A program made the translations under genes and the position numbers. Shown one piece after another: positions 39,071 through 53,380 of a DNA stretch of 64,000 nt (within the stretch, counting starts at the first letter, position 1; the number at the start of each line of letters is the position of its first letter). The notes beneath the pieces were generated by a model that worked only from the letters and a program-made list of their open reading frames with translations, was not told the DNA's origin and ran no database searches. Source of the DNA: Octopus vulgaris (taxonomy: Eukaryota); the NCBI GenBank assembly GCA_951406725.2, contig OX597829.1, positions 12,586,001-12,650,000 on the forward strand, in the 5' to 3' direction.

Positions 39071-40299
39071 TACATACATACATACACATATATATATATA
39101 TATATGTATATATATATGCTTAGATACACAAACATACATATACATACATACATATATACGGTATTTACATACATGCATAAATAATTTCTTTTGTTTGTTA
39201 GCCAGTGGCAAACAAAGGATGGGCTATATTTTTTGATCGTTTCACCGTCCACCTAGACAGAGCTATCGACTGCTGACGAGTGTTTTGCTGTCGGCACTCA
39301 TGGTTTTGTATTTTACTAGTTTACATATTATATATCTATATATTAGCGACAGAGGCAGTATAAATGCGGAGAGACAATATTTATCCCCACTTAAACAAGG
39401 ATATTATATTAAAACAAACTATACTCTGGTAGTTACCATAATAGAAAATTTCATATTGGCTTTTTGGTACAAAATACACTCTTGTTCATTTCATTAGCCA
39501 AGAGATAAATCCCCAGGTTAAAATTGAGGCTGGATAATCAACATGGCAGGGCTGTAGTTTGAACAGGTGGGAGTGATTAAATACCATGCCCTTGTATGTG
39601 TATGCGTGGGAATAGTCAACGTAGTGTAATATATTTGGATTGTCGGATATCAATGGCTTGGAGTTCATCAACAGGACATTCTTCTGAAGATAATTTATTC
39701 CTGTTGATACATACTGCAGGATGGTAGAGAACGTGTGATACTTCAGGTTTCTAGAGTATGTGCAGTATCGCGCAGAAACGGAGTTGTCAATGCGAGTGAA
39801 GACCAATTACGAGTGAAGATTGTCATTGATACTCCATTTGATATTGGGGAAGTTGTTCCGGTGGTTACTGAATCACAAGGTGAAGTGGGAAAGGGAGATG
39901 GAATTTTCCCTATCCCAGCACTCAACGGGTGTACTGTTTATAACATCGGCTGTTATGCCTGTGTTGTGTCTTGTATCCCATCAGATGTTGAGAGCGGGGT
40001 TGTATAAACAAATCTTTGAATGACAGAATCCTCCTAGATTGCAGGATGTGGAGTAGAGGTTCATATTCCATTGAAAGACGGATGAACTAAAAACCAGAGA
40101 CTGCTGTCGTTGGATATGCGATACCACATCTTTCCGGCAGAGTAGAAACAGCTTCATGTCAATATCTTCTCCAAGCAAGTGGGTCTACGAATAACGAAAC
40201 TAACAGTTGTTACTTCCAGAGCATTAAGTGCTAAGTTGACCAACAGAGGCCTAACATGCAGGTTGTCGAAAATGTAAAGATAGGTTATGGGCACCTCAC

Positions 40300-40352
<53 letters not shown>

Positions 40353-40479
40353 AATAAAAGGGAATTCTAACCTTGTCTGATTTTCACGTTTTATTTACAA
40401 TCTTATAATGATATAGTATAATATAATATAATATAATAAAATAAAATAAAATAATACAATGTTAAATGTTCATTCTGAT

Positions 40480-40524
40480 TGAACTAGTACTTTCATGCAT
40501 TAAATTATGCAATCTTCAGGTTCA
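40480..40524 (-). ncRNA. Minimal type-I hammerhead ribozyme
   Basis: Minus strand TGAAC-CTGAAGA-T-TGCAT(aattta)ATGCA-T-GAAA-GTAC-TA-GTTCA; palindromic AGTACT. Confidence 0.75.
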
Positions 40525-41015
40525 TGTAGTAGTGGTGACAATCATGCTTCACAATTTTTGACTGTAGCGAGATGGTTAAATCTGTGCCTTAAATACACCT
40601 GTGTAGGCTCCAGATTGCTAAGTTTTGCAAACTGTATTCTGACCAATCAGTGTGTAGCATCACTCAATTACTTAAGTTGATTGGTTTAGGCATCACGCTT
40701 TGTTGAAGATGTCAAGAGTCCTGTATCTTAACCCTGGCCGAGGCAGCAATTGTTGGGCTATTTTAGAAATGTTGTAAATAGCCTTTGTCAGGGATTTTTA
40801 TATTTCAATTGTCATCATCATCATTGTCAGCACCTTAATTATTGTTGCTAGTGGTGATGGTGGTGGCAATAGAACTTTTAACCCTAAATAAGATAATTTT
40901 CCTGCTATCTTCATCTTGATCACCTTTAGTATTGTTGTTGTTGTTAGTGGTCATGGTCGTAGCAGTAGAAGTAGTACCTCTAAGTATTATTATTATTGTT
41001 TTATATATATATATG

Positions 41016-41079
<64 letters not shown>

Positions 41080-41934
41080 CATACATACATACATACATAC
41101 ATACATGCATACATATATAAGCCACAATATATGGATTCAAGTAATCCGGTAGTACTCATTAAAAATGCTCCTTAATGTATCATTTTACAAAACATATAAT
41201 GAAACAAGAGAAAACACAAGGTATGTATAACACAGGGTGTGTATAAAGTCATAAATGATAGAGAAATACTTTAACATGACAAGAAAAAGGAAATGGAATT
41301 CACCAGACTATTATTCACTACGGTGATTTCGACCCATCGTACATCGGTGCCTCGCGGCTGAGATGCTGTAGGGACAGCTGAGGTGCATTATTCGGTGTGG
41401 ACGTTTCTCGTCTGGTAACTTTTCAAAAAGTATTTCGGTTTTATTTTCTGTTTATCTTATTTCGATTTCAAATCGTGTATACGAGTAGCGAACGACAACT
41501 ACCCAAATATATATATATATACATCCTAGTCGAAATAAGCGAAACGGAGATTAAAAACCGAAGTAACTTTTGACAAGTCACCTGAGGAGACACATTTGCG
41601 CAGAATGATGCATCTCAAATATTTGTTGAGCATCACAGCCGCGATGAGTAGAAACGATCGTAGTAATCAATAAAAGTTCTCGTGAATTCCATTTTGTCTT
41701 TCTCTCATGTGTTATGTAGTCGACGAACACAAGGAAATTCCTGAAGTAAATCCATACTGTTGACGACATCGAGTACCCAAATACAGTTAACGGCTTTAAA
41801 CAGCTTACAACAAGATGTATACCCAAATATAAAATTATTACGTACATACACACGCACGCACACACACACTCACACACACACATATAGGTAAGAATAATAT
41901 GGCTAGAAGAGACATTAAAAATTTTTTCAATCAG

Positions 41935-41994
<60 letters not shown>

Positions 41995-42099
41995 GTACAT
42001 ATATAATTATATATAGTTCAAATTTACAGACACAAACGATGAAGTCAGATGAGAGGACAAAAAACAATTGTATTGGTTTAATGATATGTAAGTATAGAT

Positions 42100-42533
42100 G
42101 GCGCAGGCATGACTGTGTGGTAAGAAGCTTGCTACCCAGCTGCATAGTTCCGGATACAGTGACACGGCCTGGCACCTTGGCCTTCTACTATAGCCTCGGG
42201 TCAACTAAATGCTTGTGAGTCAATTTGGTAGACGGACACTGAAAGAAGTATTTATGTGTGTGTGTGTGTGTGTGTGTATGTGTGTGTGTGTGTGTGTGCG
42301 TGTGTGTGTGTGTGTGTTATGTGTGTGTGTTTCTGTGGCTGTGTTTATCCTTCCAACACTGCGTGACAATCGGAATTTGTGTATTTACGTCACCGTAACT
42401 TGGCGGTTTGACAAAAGAAAGCGATAGAATAAGTACTTGGTTAACAGAAAAATATGTACTGGGAACGATTTTCTGGACCAAAATCCTTCAAAGCAGTGCC
42501 CCAGCATAACCGCAGGTAAATGACTGAAACAAA
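42100..42533 (+). mobile_element. SINE family 2 with internal (TG)n
   Basis: Same head, body and tail as 37757-38131. Confidence 0.82.
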
Positions 42534-42688
42534 CATGTGTGTGTACTCACACACACCAGTATATATATGCGTTTCAGTATACTGATATATATATGTGTGT
42601 GTGTTTGTGTGTATACATATATATATATATATATATAATGATGGTTCTCTACCATGGCCGAATTTAATAGCTAAAATGTAATAGACAA

Positions 42689-42750
<62 letters not shown>

Positions 42751-42861
42751 AAACAAATACATGTATATGTAGACAAACAGACGCACACATTTACGCGTAC
42801 ATAGATAATATTTATATATAAATATGTATATACATATATATATATATATATATACAGATAT

Positions 42862-42915
<54 letters not shown>

Positions 42916-45284
42916 CATATATATCTTACAAGCACACACATACAGATATATAAACACTCACATACGCACATGTATATAAAGATATTGTCAGAAGAGAGAT
43001 CTAATTAAAATAGTATACTGAAAACATAGATCTAATTGTGAATCATTTTATTGATGCAAAAGCGATGTTATCAGTGCAAGAGATTTACTGACCGAAAATA
43101 AATAAATAAAGACGGAGAAAGAAATAATGAAAAAGAAAAAAGAAAAATCGACACCAAAAAGAGATCATCAAATAAAATAGACAAAATCGAACGTGTAAAA
43201 AAGATATTAAAACAAAAACTCCCTTAATGTGAAATGGCAGTGACTGTTCAGTCTAGAATAAATATGCGACAGTGTTTATCCTGATTGTGTTGCTTTTGAA
43301 ACAAGGAACATTAATGAAGTTGTAAGCTAGTGCTTGATGTGGGCTATTGAGCAAGGAAAAAAAGCAGAGCTGACAGACCAAATAATACTAGAATAAATAA
43401 AACCTTATTTACCTATTCTGATAACCTATAACAGCATTGATTTTCAATAAAGTGTCGTTAAGAAGAATTAAAGTTAAAACAACTACAACAACAAAACCTG
43501 AGATAAAGTAGCATAATGATCGTTGATCGACCTGAGTAGCTCCTGAGATTGTTGCCATTGTTGTTGTTGTTTATTCCCGAGTTAACTTTGACGACGTGCA
43601 CCTATTCTGGAATCCGTTACAATCTCATGTTTATTCGGCCATAGTATTCCTGGAACTATATTACCTATTGTATTCTTTTTTCTCTTCTTAAAAGTGGCAG
43701 AGTGTGATTTAAGGGAGATTTGATTTGGTTGCTATTTCTAGCAAATCGATCGACCATGTGACACAGTTTCTACTTTAACACTGAAAACTTTCGGTAAACA
43801 ATCGGTGAATCGATCTTGCGCTGTTTGCGCATAGGATGGCTGTTCTCTTCCACTGTCCTCGATCAATTTCGTGCCCAGTATTCTTGTAAAGTCTTTTGAC
43901 ACCATAAAGTCCTTCTGAAAGTTTCAGTGCCATGTGACCCAGTATATTTCTCGTTTTCTCCTTCATCCTTTTGACGTCCGTCTCAATACTGTTTTATAAA
44001 TCGCAGGATCTTTTCAGTCGATCGCATCACATGTTCTGTAACACACAGCACTCTTCAAATTTCTTCAATTCTGATAAGATTAAGGAGGGAATTTTTCAGA
44101 ACTTTCTTCAAGAATTTAATCAAAGATCCGAAAATTGATTGTAATTTACACGTTTCATTGTGTCCAGATGTGCCTCGTCAGGTGACTTGTCAAAAGGTAC
44201 ATTGTTCTTTAATCCTCGCTTTGCTTATTTTCATTAGAATTAATTCTAGTATTTGCCTGTAGCTAGCTTTCGTGAGTCACCTAGAACAAAGGATGTTATG
44301 ATGAAATTTTAGTATACGAATCCCTGAACAATTTTGGACTGGGACTGGTTTACTACACGAAGCATATTACCTCGATCTTCAGTTTTTCAAGAGTAGAGGG
44401 CCCCACCGACAATTCTCTAATTGGGCTCCGCACTTCTAAGCACCAGCTCTGCTTATACGTATGTGTGCAAGAAACAATCCACATAATCATATATGATATA
44501 CAGATATACATCAAATGTACGAAACTAAATATGATTGACTAGTTTAAAGAAAGCAGGAATATTGTAACATGTACATCCTTGAGTCAATTTTAGATAAATT
44601 ATTGATTTTTATCCTATCTGAGTCATATAGACAAATAGAGACGGTTTCTCGGTTTTCTTTGAGTATATATTCCCCGCCTACATGGGACGCTATCCATCAC
44701 AGAAATACTCAGCATCTAACGGATAACTATGATATATATATGTATATACACACACATACACACACACAAACATACAGAAACATACAAACTCTCACAAACA
44801 CACATTTATATGTATGCGCGAGAGAGCACACACACACACTCATATATATATGCACAAACATAGAAACATACGCACACTCAGAAACACACACATAGGATAC
44901 ATATATGATACATATATATATATTTGCGTATATTTTCAGTTTCATCCGTTTAATTTGTTTGAAGCAGCAAGGAATCACTTCCTGATCGGTTGAACCTTCA
45001 AAAATAATAGTTAAACATCACTAAAATTACAGCGTGCATTTGAAATAGGAGTAAGAACATTTTGGACAATGTAGAGGTAAATGCATTGAGCCTGAAAAAA
45101 AACCTGCAAGAGTATCGACGACTTCGATAGCAGAGCCCTGAGAACCATCGAGAACATCCGAAAGTACCATCACGTTTCCAACAAAGAACTGCGTGCGCGC
45201 ACTCATCAGCCCGCAGCCTACTTACAGTTATCCATCGCATGCGCTAATTCGTACATATTCTCTGTCTCCTAGATCTTCTTACCA

Positions 45285-45540
45285 GGGCTTTACTCTTATT
45301 TGACGCAGCAGCTGCGTGACTCAGGAGGCCTCGTGACAGGTCCCGCACCAGATGGCTGGGCGAAATTGGGGCTCGACGTCACCTTGGGGGATGCAAAGGG
45401 ATTGGCAAGGGTCCGCCATCAACAGAGGGCACTAGTAGACCTGGTCAGCTCTACGGATGATGACGTCTCTGGTACCACAAACCTGGGATGACTCCAGTCC
45501 TATCAAGCAAGAGCGTGAAGCAACAAAAGCAGCAAACAAG
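45285..45540 (+). mobile_element. RTE-like LINE 3' fragment
   Basis: Homologous to 11620-11900 (DVTL.DA.GLAR...RALVDLV). Confidence 0.65.
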
Positions 45541-45808
45541 ATGTTTAGTATAGGAAATATCTCTGATCGTAGGTCCCATGGATGAGAGCTGATATCGAGT
45601 TTGACAAAGACATCATCATAAACACCTAAAAATCAACCTCTAAACTGATACAATAGGAACCAGGAATGCCGGCACCAGTATCACCATACAATAGTCGATA
45701 CCTGAGTCTATGTTAACGTGGAAAAGATAAAGAAAAACATTGCCCTTCCTTTGTTTGTTACAGGCTAACAAATAAAAGAAATGATTTATGTATGTATGTA
45801 AATACGTA

Positions 45809-45871
<63 letters not shown>

Positions 45872-46489
45872 GTTACTATTGTTGTATATATGTATAAAGG
45901 TACTTTGGAATGTTTATACATATATAGATATGAACAATGCATAAACATATATTATGAATGTGATCGTCCGCGAGTTTCATTGTCTTGTTTTGAGTTTGAG
46001 TATATATTGCTTATGTAGATATTCTTTCTTTGTATCGATGTTTCTGGATATGCGTTAGATGTAATGAATATATTGATCATATTGTCATCACCATTTAATG
46101 TATACGGACAGAAAGAGAGAGAATGAGAGAGAGGAAACGTTGTTTTCATAAAGATCTCGAGATTGTTGTTCACAAACAGCACTAAAGACCCACCAATTTA
46201 TACGATTGTTAGTGTAATCAGATTGATTAAATAATTGATTGCACTATTATAATCTGAATTAACGATAGCAAAATATTGCATTTTTTTACACATAAACGCG
46301 AGCAATGATAAATAAATAGATAGATAGATTGATAGATAGAGAGCATACACAAGTGGATTATAAATGCATAAATAATACATTTACACACGTGTGCTCACAC
46401 ACATATACATTTCCATACATGCATGCATACATACATACATACATACATACATACATTCATACATAAATACATACATACATATATATATA

Positions 46490-46553
<64 letters not shown>

Positions 46554-47027
46554 CGATATAGTGTATATTTAAACACATAGAGAATCCACTTATAGGAATT
46601 CTACGCTTTAGAAAGAACAGCTAAGTTCTATTACCACAAAAAATTGGGGACAAAATTGGACAGGAATAAATTTGGAAATGAAAAACATTTACCATCTTTT
46701 TTAGCTATAAATCCACTCACAAGGCTTTAATCGGCTTCCGTGTAGTGGGACTAAACCTGCGACTATGTGGTTGGGTAGCAAGTTTCTATATTTCATGAAA
46801 ATTGGCCATAAAGCCCTTACACAGAGGGAACAGCACAAGGTGGGGACAAAAGAAAAAAAAACGAAATGGAATGAATGAAATTATATGATGAAGGATGAAA
46901 TGAAGTCGCTCGGCCCCACCAACGGGCGACGTCATTGAACCCTTTGCAACACCATTTGAATTTTCATTTGCAACCAACTTTAGAATATAATTACACATTT
47001 ATAACACCGCGGAATTTTTCGCTCCAC

Positions 47028-47740
47028 TCAAACTTTCAAAAGAGTTTCACACACTAAGATATTTTCTTCCATCTTTTCCAGGTTCTCCTCCACAACATGT
47101 TCAAGTCTTTGTTCTCTCCAATTCCTTTGGGGCGTTATGTTGGCCTGCCGGACCACCACCTTTTCCTCCATATCCAGCAGTATGGCAGCCACCAACCAGG
47201 CTACATTCACTTCTGGTGGTATGTCTTCCACCCGAAACTTGGAAGGCTTCCCAAGGTACATGGGTAGAAGCACCACCTCATCTGTCTTCAACGGTGTGGC
47301 CGAGTACAGTTTAGCAGTTGCTATCTCTTTAAACTGCACCTCCACTGTTCCATATTTTCGTCATCTAGCAAGGCATGCTATCTCCTGCCAGACTGACTTC
47401 AGCGCCTTTTCCGCCTGTGCCTCCGACACTACTTCAGTTTTCCTTGTTGCTGTAGCGTAGGTTCTATAGACAATCGTCCTTTCTTCCTTGTCCTTTAATA
47501 CTTGGGGGGGGGGAGAACACTTTCACATCGTCCCCCTCCCTTTCAAGCATTCCCTTGAACTCACTCAACTCTTCTACGTCGATTTCTTCAATTTTTTCTC
47601 TAACCGCCGCTGCATAGTTCCTTTTCTCCATTTCCTTGTCCATCCTGTTTAATTATTCAACTAATTCCTCCTCAGACGAATCACATTCTAGGGAAGAATA
47701 ACTCAACTTCTCCCAACTTATCGCTCGACGCGCTTCCATT
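47028..47740 (-). pseudogene. Diverged Tx1-type ORF1 fragment
   Basis: V.F.....A..YS...L..DE..L.P.Y.G.....V..IP......WLV.A....ME...NW aligns with the ORF1 at 12657. Confidence 0.7.
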
Positions 47741-47846
47741 ATATTAGAGGAAGAGCCAAAGACACGTGTGTACCAAACAAATCCAACAATGCAACTGAAC
47801 AAACATAAATCGGAAGCAAGCTTCTTACCACACAGCCACTAATCCA

Positions 47847-47907
<61 letters not shown>

Positions 47908-47999
47908 TTAATGATCTCAAAATAGATTTCCAGTCGAAACCTTCTATTAGAATGATTTATCCTGCATTTGTACAGAATCACAAATCCATAATTGACAGA

Positions 48000-50964
48000 A
48001 TTGTCCCTTTGGTTAAGAATAATGTTGCATTACCTTTACGAAACTCTTTCCCTTAAAAATAAAATCCACTAGATTTATACAGTTGATATTTCGAATTACT
48101 ATTCGTCATTTCCCCTATTTTGCTTAACAAAACTTTAATATACACCCGTCGGGCATAGATATCATTCTGGCTGCAAGGACGAGCTTCATCAATTACGATG
48201 ATCAAAATTGGGTAAGGACTGATTCCACAGGCCTATTCGATATAATGATGGGATTGTCAAACTCAGCGCAGATTACGGATTTAGTGGGCTTGTATCTCCT
48301 CGAGAAAATAAAATGTAGCTTCCCTAATCTCTATGGGGATTTATATAGGGACGATATTAACTTCAAAGTGGCTAATTTCCTCGATGTAACGTTAGACTTG
48401 AACACCAAACTTTTCTACCCATACCGAAAACCAAATCAGTCCTTCTAACATATCAATGTTTCGTCTAATCACCCTAGCTCTACTATTAATAGCATTGTAA
48501 TTGCTATCTCTATTAGGGTGTCAAATCTATCCGCTAACGAGGAAATCTTCAATCAACACACCCCTATATATAATAATGCCTTGAAATTAAGTGGGTTTAA
48601 TAAAAGTATCTACTATATACCAGATACTAAATTAATATTGATCCTAACAATAGCATAGGTATAAGCAAACTAGGTCAATTAAATGATACTAGCATAAATC
48701 AACCGTATATTAAATGCTTTAGACCGAAAAATCATAGGTATCATAATAATCATAATAATTGTAAGTATAAACCTCCTACTGCCGAGACTTCTAATACAAT
48801 TAGAAAGTCTAAATCCAGAACATGTGAAGTTATTTGATTTGCTCCTCCTTTCTCACTTAGAGTTAAGAAAATACTTAGATTATTTTTTAAAATCCTACAA
48901 TCGAACTTCCCAAAGCATCACAAATATTACGCCATTTGTAATAAATCTACTGTAAAATTTTCGTACTCGGTAATGCCTAATTTGGGAACAATGATAGTTT
49001 TTATAAATAGGAGTAAAATTAAATGTATAATGAATAGGGTCAACACTAGGGTGACTGATGAGAATAATTTAGGGAAATGACTATGTACTAGTGAAATTAA
49101 GGATATAGCTAAAAACAAGGACAACAATAGTGCAACTAATAATAATGCTTTAGAACTAGCACTACGTACTAACGGAAGTAAGTGTAATGTTAAAGTATCG
49201 ACCTTAAATACTAACGCAACAAATAATAGTCATCAAACTTTAATGTATTTAAAATCAGGGACCTTTCCAGTGTCGTACATTACTGCAAAGTGAAAATATT
49301 TGCTGATGACACTAAGCTCCTGCAAATCATCAATGAAGAAGCAGACCGAGCTCAACTCCAGTCTGATCTATATGCTGTGAGTCAATGGGCAGACAGAAAC
49401 AAAATGCAACTGAACGAGGGAAAATTTGAGCTGATGCATTTTGGAAGAAATTCCTCACTAAAACATCCATACTATCTTCCTTCAAGGGAACCGCTCACAG
49501 CCTCTATCAATATCAGAGACCTGGGTGTAATTGTTGATGACGATCTCAGTTGGAGTGCACACATCAACAATAAGGTCGATATAGCTCGTAGGATGAGTTC
49601 CTGGATCTTAAGAACTTTCCGGTCCAGAGAACAAAGTGTCATCATACCACTTTTCTCTTCCTTTGTACGGCCACACCTCGAATACTGCTGCCCACTGTGG
49701 TCTCCCCATACAAGACAAAACATCTCGAGGATTGAATCACCCCAGGGGGCACTTACTAAACGAATTGGAGGCATGGTTTCTCTCGATTATTGGGACCGCC
49801 TTAAAGCCTTGGAACTCTACTCTCTCCAGCGTCGCCGTGAGCTGTACTGCTGCCCACTGTGGCCTCCCCATACAAGACAAAACATCTCGAGGATTGAATC
49901 ACCCCAGAGGGCACTCACTAAACTAATTGAAGGCATGGATGCTCTCGATTATTGGGACCGCCTTAAAGCCTTGGAACTCAACTCTCTCCAGCGTCGCCGT
50001 GAGCTGTACATCATTTGTACGATGTGGAGAATATACCGCCAACTTTGCCCAAACGACCTGAACATTAGCTCCAAGGTTCATCCAAGACTGGGATCACGGG
50101 CCATACATCCCCTGCCCAATTCAAGATCACATCATACATGTACACTGCAACATAATTTCTTTTCCTCAACAGGCCCTGCCCTATTTAACATTGTCCCGAG
50201 GGAGATCAAAGAGGAAAAGGATCCCATCAACTTTAAACGGAGTCTGGATAGATTCCTTCAAGGAATACCAGATAAGTCACCCATAATTGGATACAACTCA
50301 CCCAACAAAAACTCACTACTTGAATGGACCATAAACAAAACTAGACTTAAACAGGATTTAGATAATCTTATCAGGTGGTGCTATTAAGTTAGACATAGTC
50401 TGGACCAATCTTTGGTCGAAACATATCTAAGTTTTATCTAAGTTTACCATATCCCAATCTAATGATATTAATAATGTTAGTAATATAGATAATAGTAGTC
50501 GCCACTGAATAATATTTCTAACTTCAGAGCCCCCAAAACCTGTCCGCTTCCAGTATCATGTCTTCGATACAGTGTTCTGTATAAATGTATTGTTAGCGTA
50601 CCCAATAGACAAAACAAGATATATATATATAGGTTGTATGATAGATTTCAAAAGGAGATATAGGGCCCATCTAGATTCCTTTTCAAACCCTAATTATAAG
50701 AATTCCACTACCTTAGCGGCATATATAAATAAAATTAGGGATAGTAACTTGCCTTATGAACTGCCATGGTCCATAATTGCGAGGGCTCCCTCATATGGTA
50801 CTGATTCAGACAGGTGTACATTGTGTATAAGGGAATTATATATAATCCTTAAATTATATAACGCTAATATATTAAATAAGTTTTCAGACGCGATCCGTTA
50901 CTGTTGCTATGAATTTCACCCTACATTTCTAAAACCTGTAAAATTAGATCTACTAGCAAACTGA
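48000..50964 (+). mobile_element. Decayed Penelope-like element (RT 48000-48640, Asn-rich linker, GIY-YIG 50572-50964) interrupted by a CR1/L2 insertion
   Basis: FDIMMG...AQITDLVGLYLL, LYRDD, NFLDVTLDL...PYRKPN, SNHP; YIG...FKRRY..H...TTLAAYI...C.LC..E...ILNK. Confidence 0.8.
49260..50446 (+). mobile_element. 5'-truncated CR1/L2-group LINE (ORF 49290-50387) with a 162-bp in-frame duplication
   Basis: FADDTKL, LQSDL, RDLGVIVD..LSW..HI, VRPHLEYC...WSP, SLQRRR, FKRSLDRFL; tail ATCTAAGTTT repeated. Confidence 0.88.
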
Positions 50965-51319
50965 ATTAGAACAATGTTTGTTGTTATAATTACGATTCCC
51001 CAGAATTTGGATTCTTCCGCTCATAGCAAACATGGGATCATCTGCATACGAACTGTAAAACATTTTATTAGGAACTCTTGATTCTGCTTTAGGAGAATAA
51101 TGCTCGCCATCTTTCTGGTCAGTCGTTTTTGACCACAGTGTGATGGAAGGGGTTTGTGTTTTTCAGACTTGCTGTTATTACTACTGAAATCTGTTGTTCA
51201 AGCGACTTACACGTACTTGTTTTTGCTGTTTTTCTCGACAATTGTGGGTGAGAAAAAATTTAGCCTTTTCGGTATGGAGAGCTGTGCAAGGACCGCTGCG
51301 GCGAGGACAGCTTCGCCGC

Positions 51320-51535
51320 TGGAAGTGAGGCTGATGGAGGTTGAAATCGAGGAGGTTTGGGGAAGTGTGCTACTTCTGCAGAGGGAGGGAGACACTATGA
51401 AACTGGTCCCTCCGCAGGAGACGGTGTCACCGTTGCCCACATATGGGGGGAAGGCGCAGTGTTCGAGTTGGGGTTGCAAGAGTGCCACCCAAAATCAAGA
51501 CAGAGTGGTTGGTAGCAGCTGTTTTGTCTGCCACT
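51320..51535 (+). pseudogene. Second diverged Tx1-type ORF1 fragment
   Basis: LPTYGG, then after a frameshift VRVGVARVPPKIKTEWLVAAVL, matching the P.Y.G...VP......WLV.A motif. Confidence 0.55.
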
Positions 51536-52217
51536 GAAGACAAATCTTGTTTTTCTATGGTTTTCTCTATTTTCTAATTATTTGCATTGGTTCCTGATAA
51601 ACTTTTGTTTATCCTGTTGTCACCTGCATTCTACGTGTATGGTGTGACTGCACACCAATGCCCGGGGATATTACAGATAACAGATACTGATAGTGTATAC
51701 GGATATTTTATCACTTAGTCGGTTACTATAACCGCTAACTCTGTTTCTCTCTCTTCTCCTCTCACGTGACCGCTGGTCAACCAGCCTTTCAGCTTCTAAC
51801 CAGCGCCATGAGAACATCGTTGTCTTCGTCTGCCGAAAAAGGCATTTTTTCCAAATACGCCAGCTAAACTAAGTTGTACTGTCTATTAGTCGTAAGACAC
51901 CCGCTGTTTTTGTCCTGTTATTACTATTATTGTTTTTTGTATTTTATATTCGTGTGGCATCGTCCGTTTTTCTGTCTCTGTTTCGTATACATTCGATCCT
52001 TTTCCCAAGAAATCTAATGCTTTGTAGCTTAGTTTTTCCTTGGGGCTGGCCGGATCGGAGCGATCTCAAGATTAATCAGCCGAAATTGCGAGGATGATCC
52101 GGTTCTTGACTGAAGATTGAAGGCTTCGAATGTCCCTTCCGAGTTTTTTGTATCGTCTTCTAAATGTTTTACGTTCTTGTCCCAGTTTGTATTTTTCTAC
52201 ATTTAATATATATATAT

Positions 52218-52443
52218 TTTTCTCTACTATCCACAAGGGGCTAAACAGAGAGGGGACAAACAAGGACAAAGGGATTAAGTCGATTACATCGACCCCAGTG
52301 CGTAACTGGTACTTAATTTATCGACCACGAAAGGATGAAAGGCAAAGTCGACCTCGGCGGAATTTGAACTCGGAACGCAACGACAGACGAAATACGGCTA
52401 CGAATTTCGCCCGGCGTGCTAACGCTTCTACCAGCTCGCCGCC
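52218..52443 (-). mobile_element. SINE family 1
   Basis: Reverse complement of the 9268-9497 type. Confidence 0.85.
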
Positions 52444-52945
52444 TTTCATATAATATATATATATATGCATACACACAAACGCCACCGCCTGGCCCTCTGT
52501 TATGACGACGTGAGTTCAAATTGATCCAATCAACAGAACAAACTGGTCTTGCGGAGTGGCTGAGTACTCCATAGACATGCATACTCTTAACGTAGTTCTC
52601 ATGTGTCTTGCTCAAGGATGCAACACACTCTCATGAATCGAACTCTGTCCTTACGACCGTGAGCCATACACCCCACCCACTAAGCTACGGATCTGCATAT
52701 ATGATATAGCAGGCCAAAATCATAATAGCCATTCCAGTTTTTAACATCTCAGCATTTGCTTTGTTTATAATCATATTGCTAAATGTGTTCAATGAAACAG
52801 AGGAGTGTGACCTCAAGAAGATATGACTGCTATTTCTGGTAGCTCGAACAACCAAATAAAAGCTTCCTCATTAACGCATTCTTCGTGTACTCTTGTCTGT
52901 GTTCTTCTTGCTATTAATGTTATTATTATATGTTGCTGTTGCAAA

Positions 52946-53380
52946 GGCGGCGAGATGGCAGAATCGTTAGTATGCCGTGTTAAATGCTTAGCGGCATTTC
53001 ATCCTTCTTTACATTCTGAATTCAAATTTTGCCGTGGTCGATTTTGTCTTTCAACTTTTCGGGGTCAATAAAATAAAGTAAGTACTAGTTGAACACTGAG
53101 GAGTCGATCTAATCGACCTATCCTTTCCCCGGCATTCTTTTCCTTGTGCCAAAATTTGAAGCCAATATTAACGACCACTGAAACTGCAAGGTGCCAGAAT
53201 CGTTAGTACACCGGGCAAACTGCTTAGCGGCTATTTCCGTCTTTACGCTCTGAGTATAAATTCCGCCGAAGTCGACTTTCAACATTTCTGGTTTGATATA
53301 ATACGTACCAGCTGAGCACTAAGGGAGTGATCTAATCGATCTCATCTGAAATTGCTGGCCTTGTGCCACAAATTGAAAGC
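52946..53380 (+). mobile_element. Two tandem degenerate SINE family 1 copies
   Basis: GGCGGCGAGATGGCAGAATCGTTAG at 52946 and a second CAGAATCGTTAG at about 53195. Confidence 0.75.

Noticed and set aside
39235-39300. CTGACGA followed by a GAGTG/CACTC hairpin
   Set aside because: GAAA and stems I/III are missing on that strand.
43775-44160. Tc1/mariner transposase remnant
   Set aside because: Only vague resemblance; no DDE motif or paired TIRs could be identified.
44141-44200. Minus strand CTGACGA...GAAAC, hammerhead-like
   Set aside because: No stem II or stem I pairing. The TGACAAGTCACCTGA word recurs at about 3545 and 41571 and looks like a DNA-transposon subterminal motif.
52037-52094. 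GGCTG...CAGCC-GAAA stem resembling hammerhead stem II
   Set aside because: No CUGANGA-like core upstream and no NUH or stem III.
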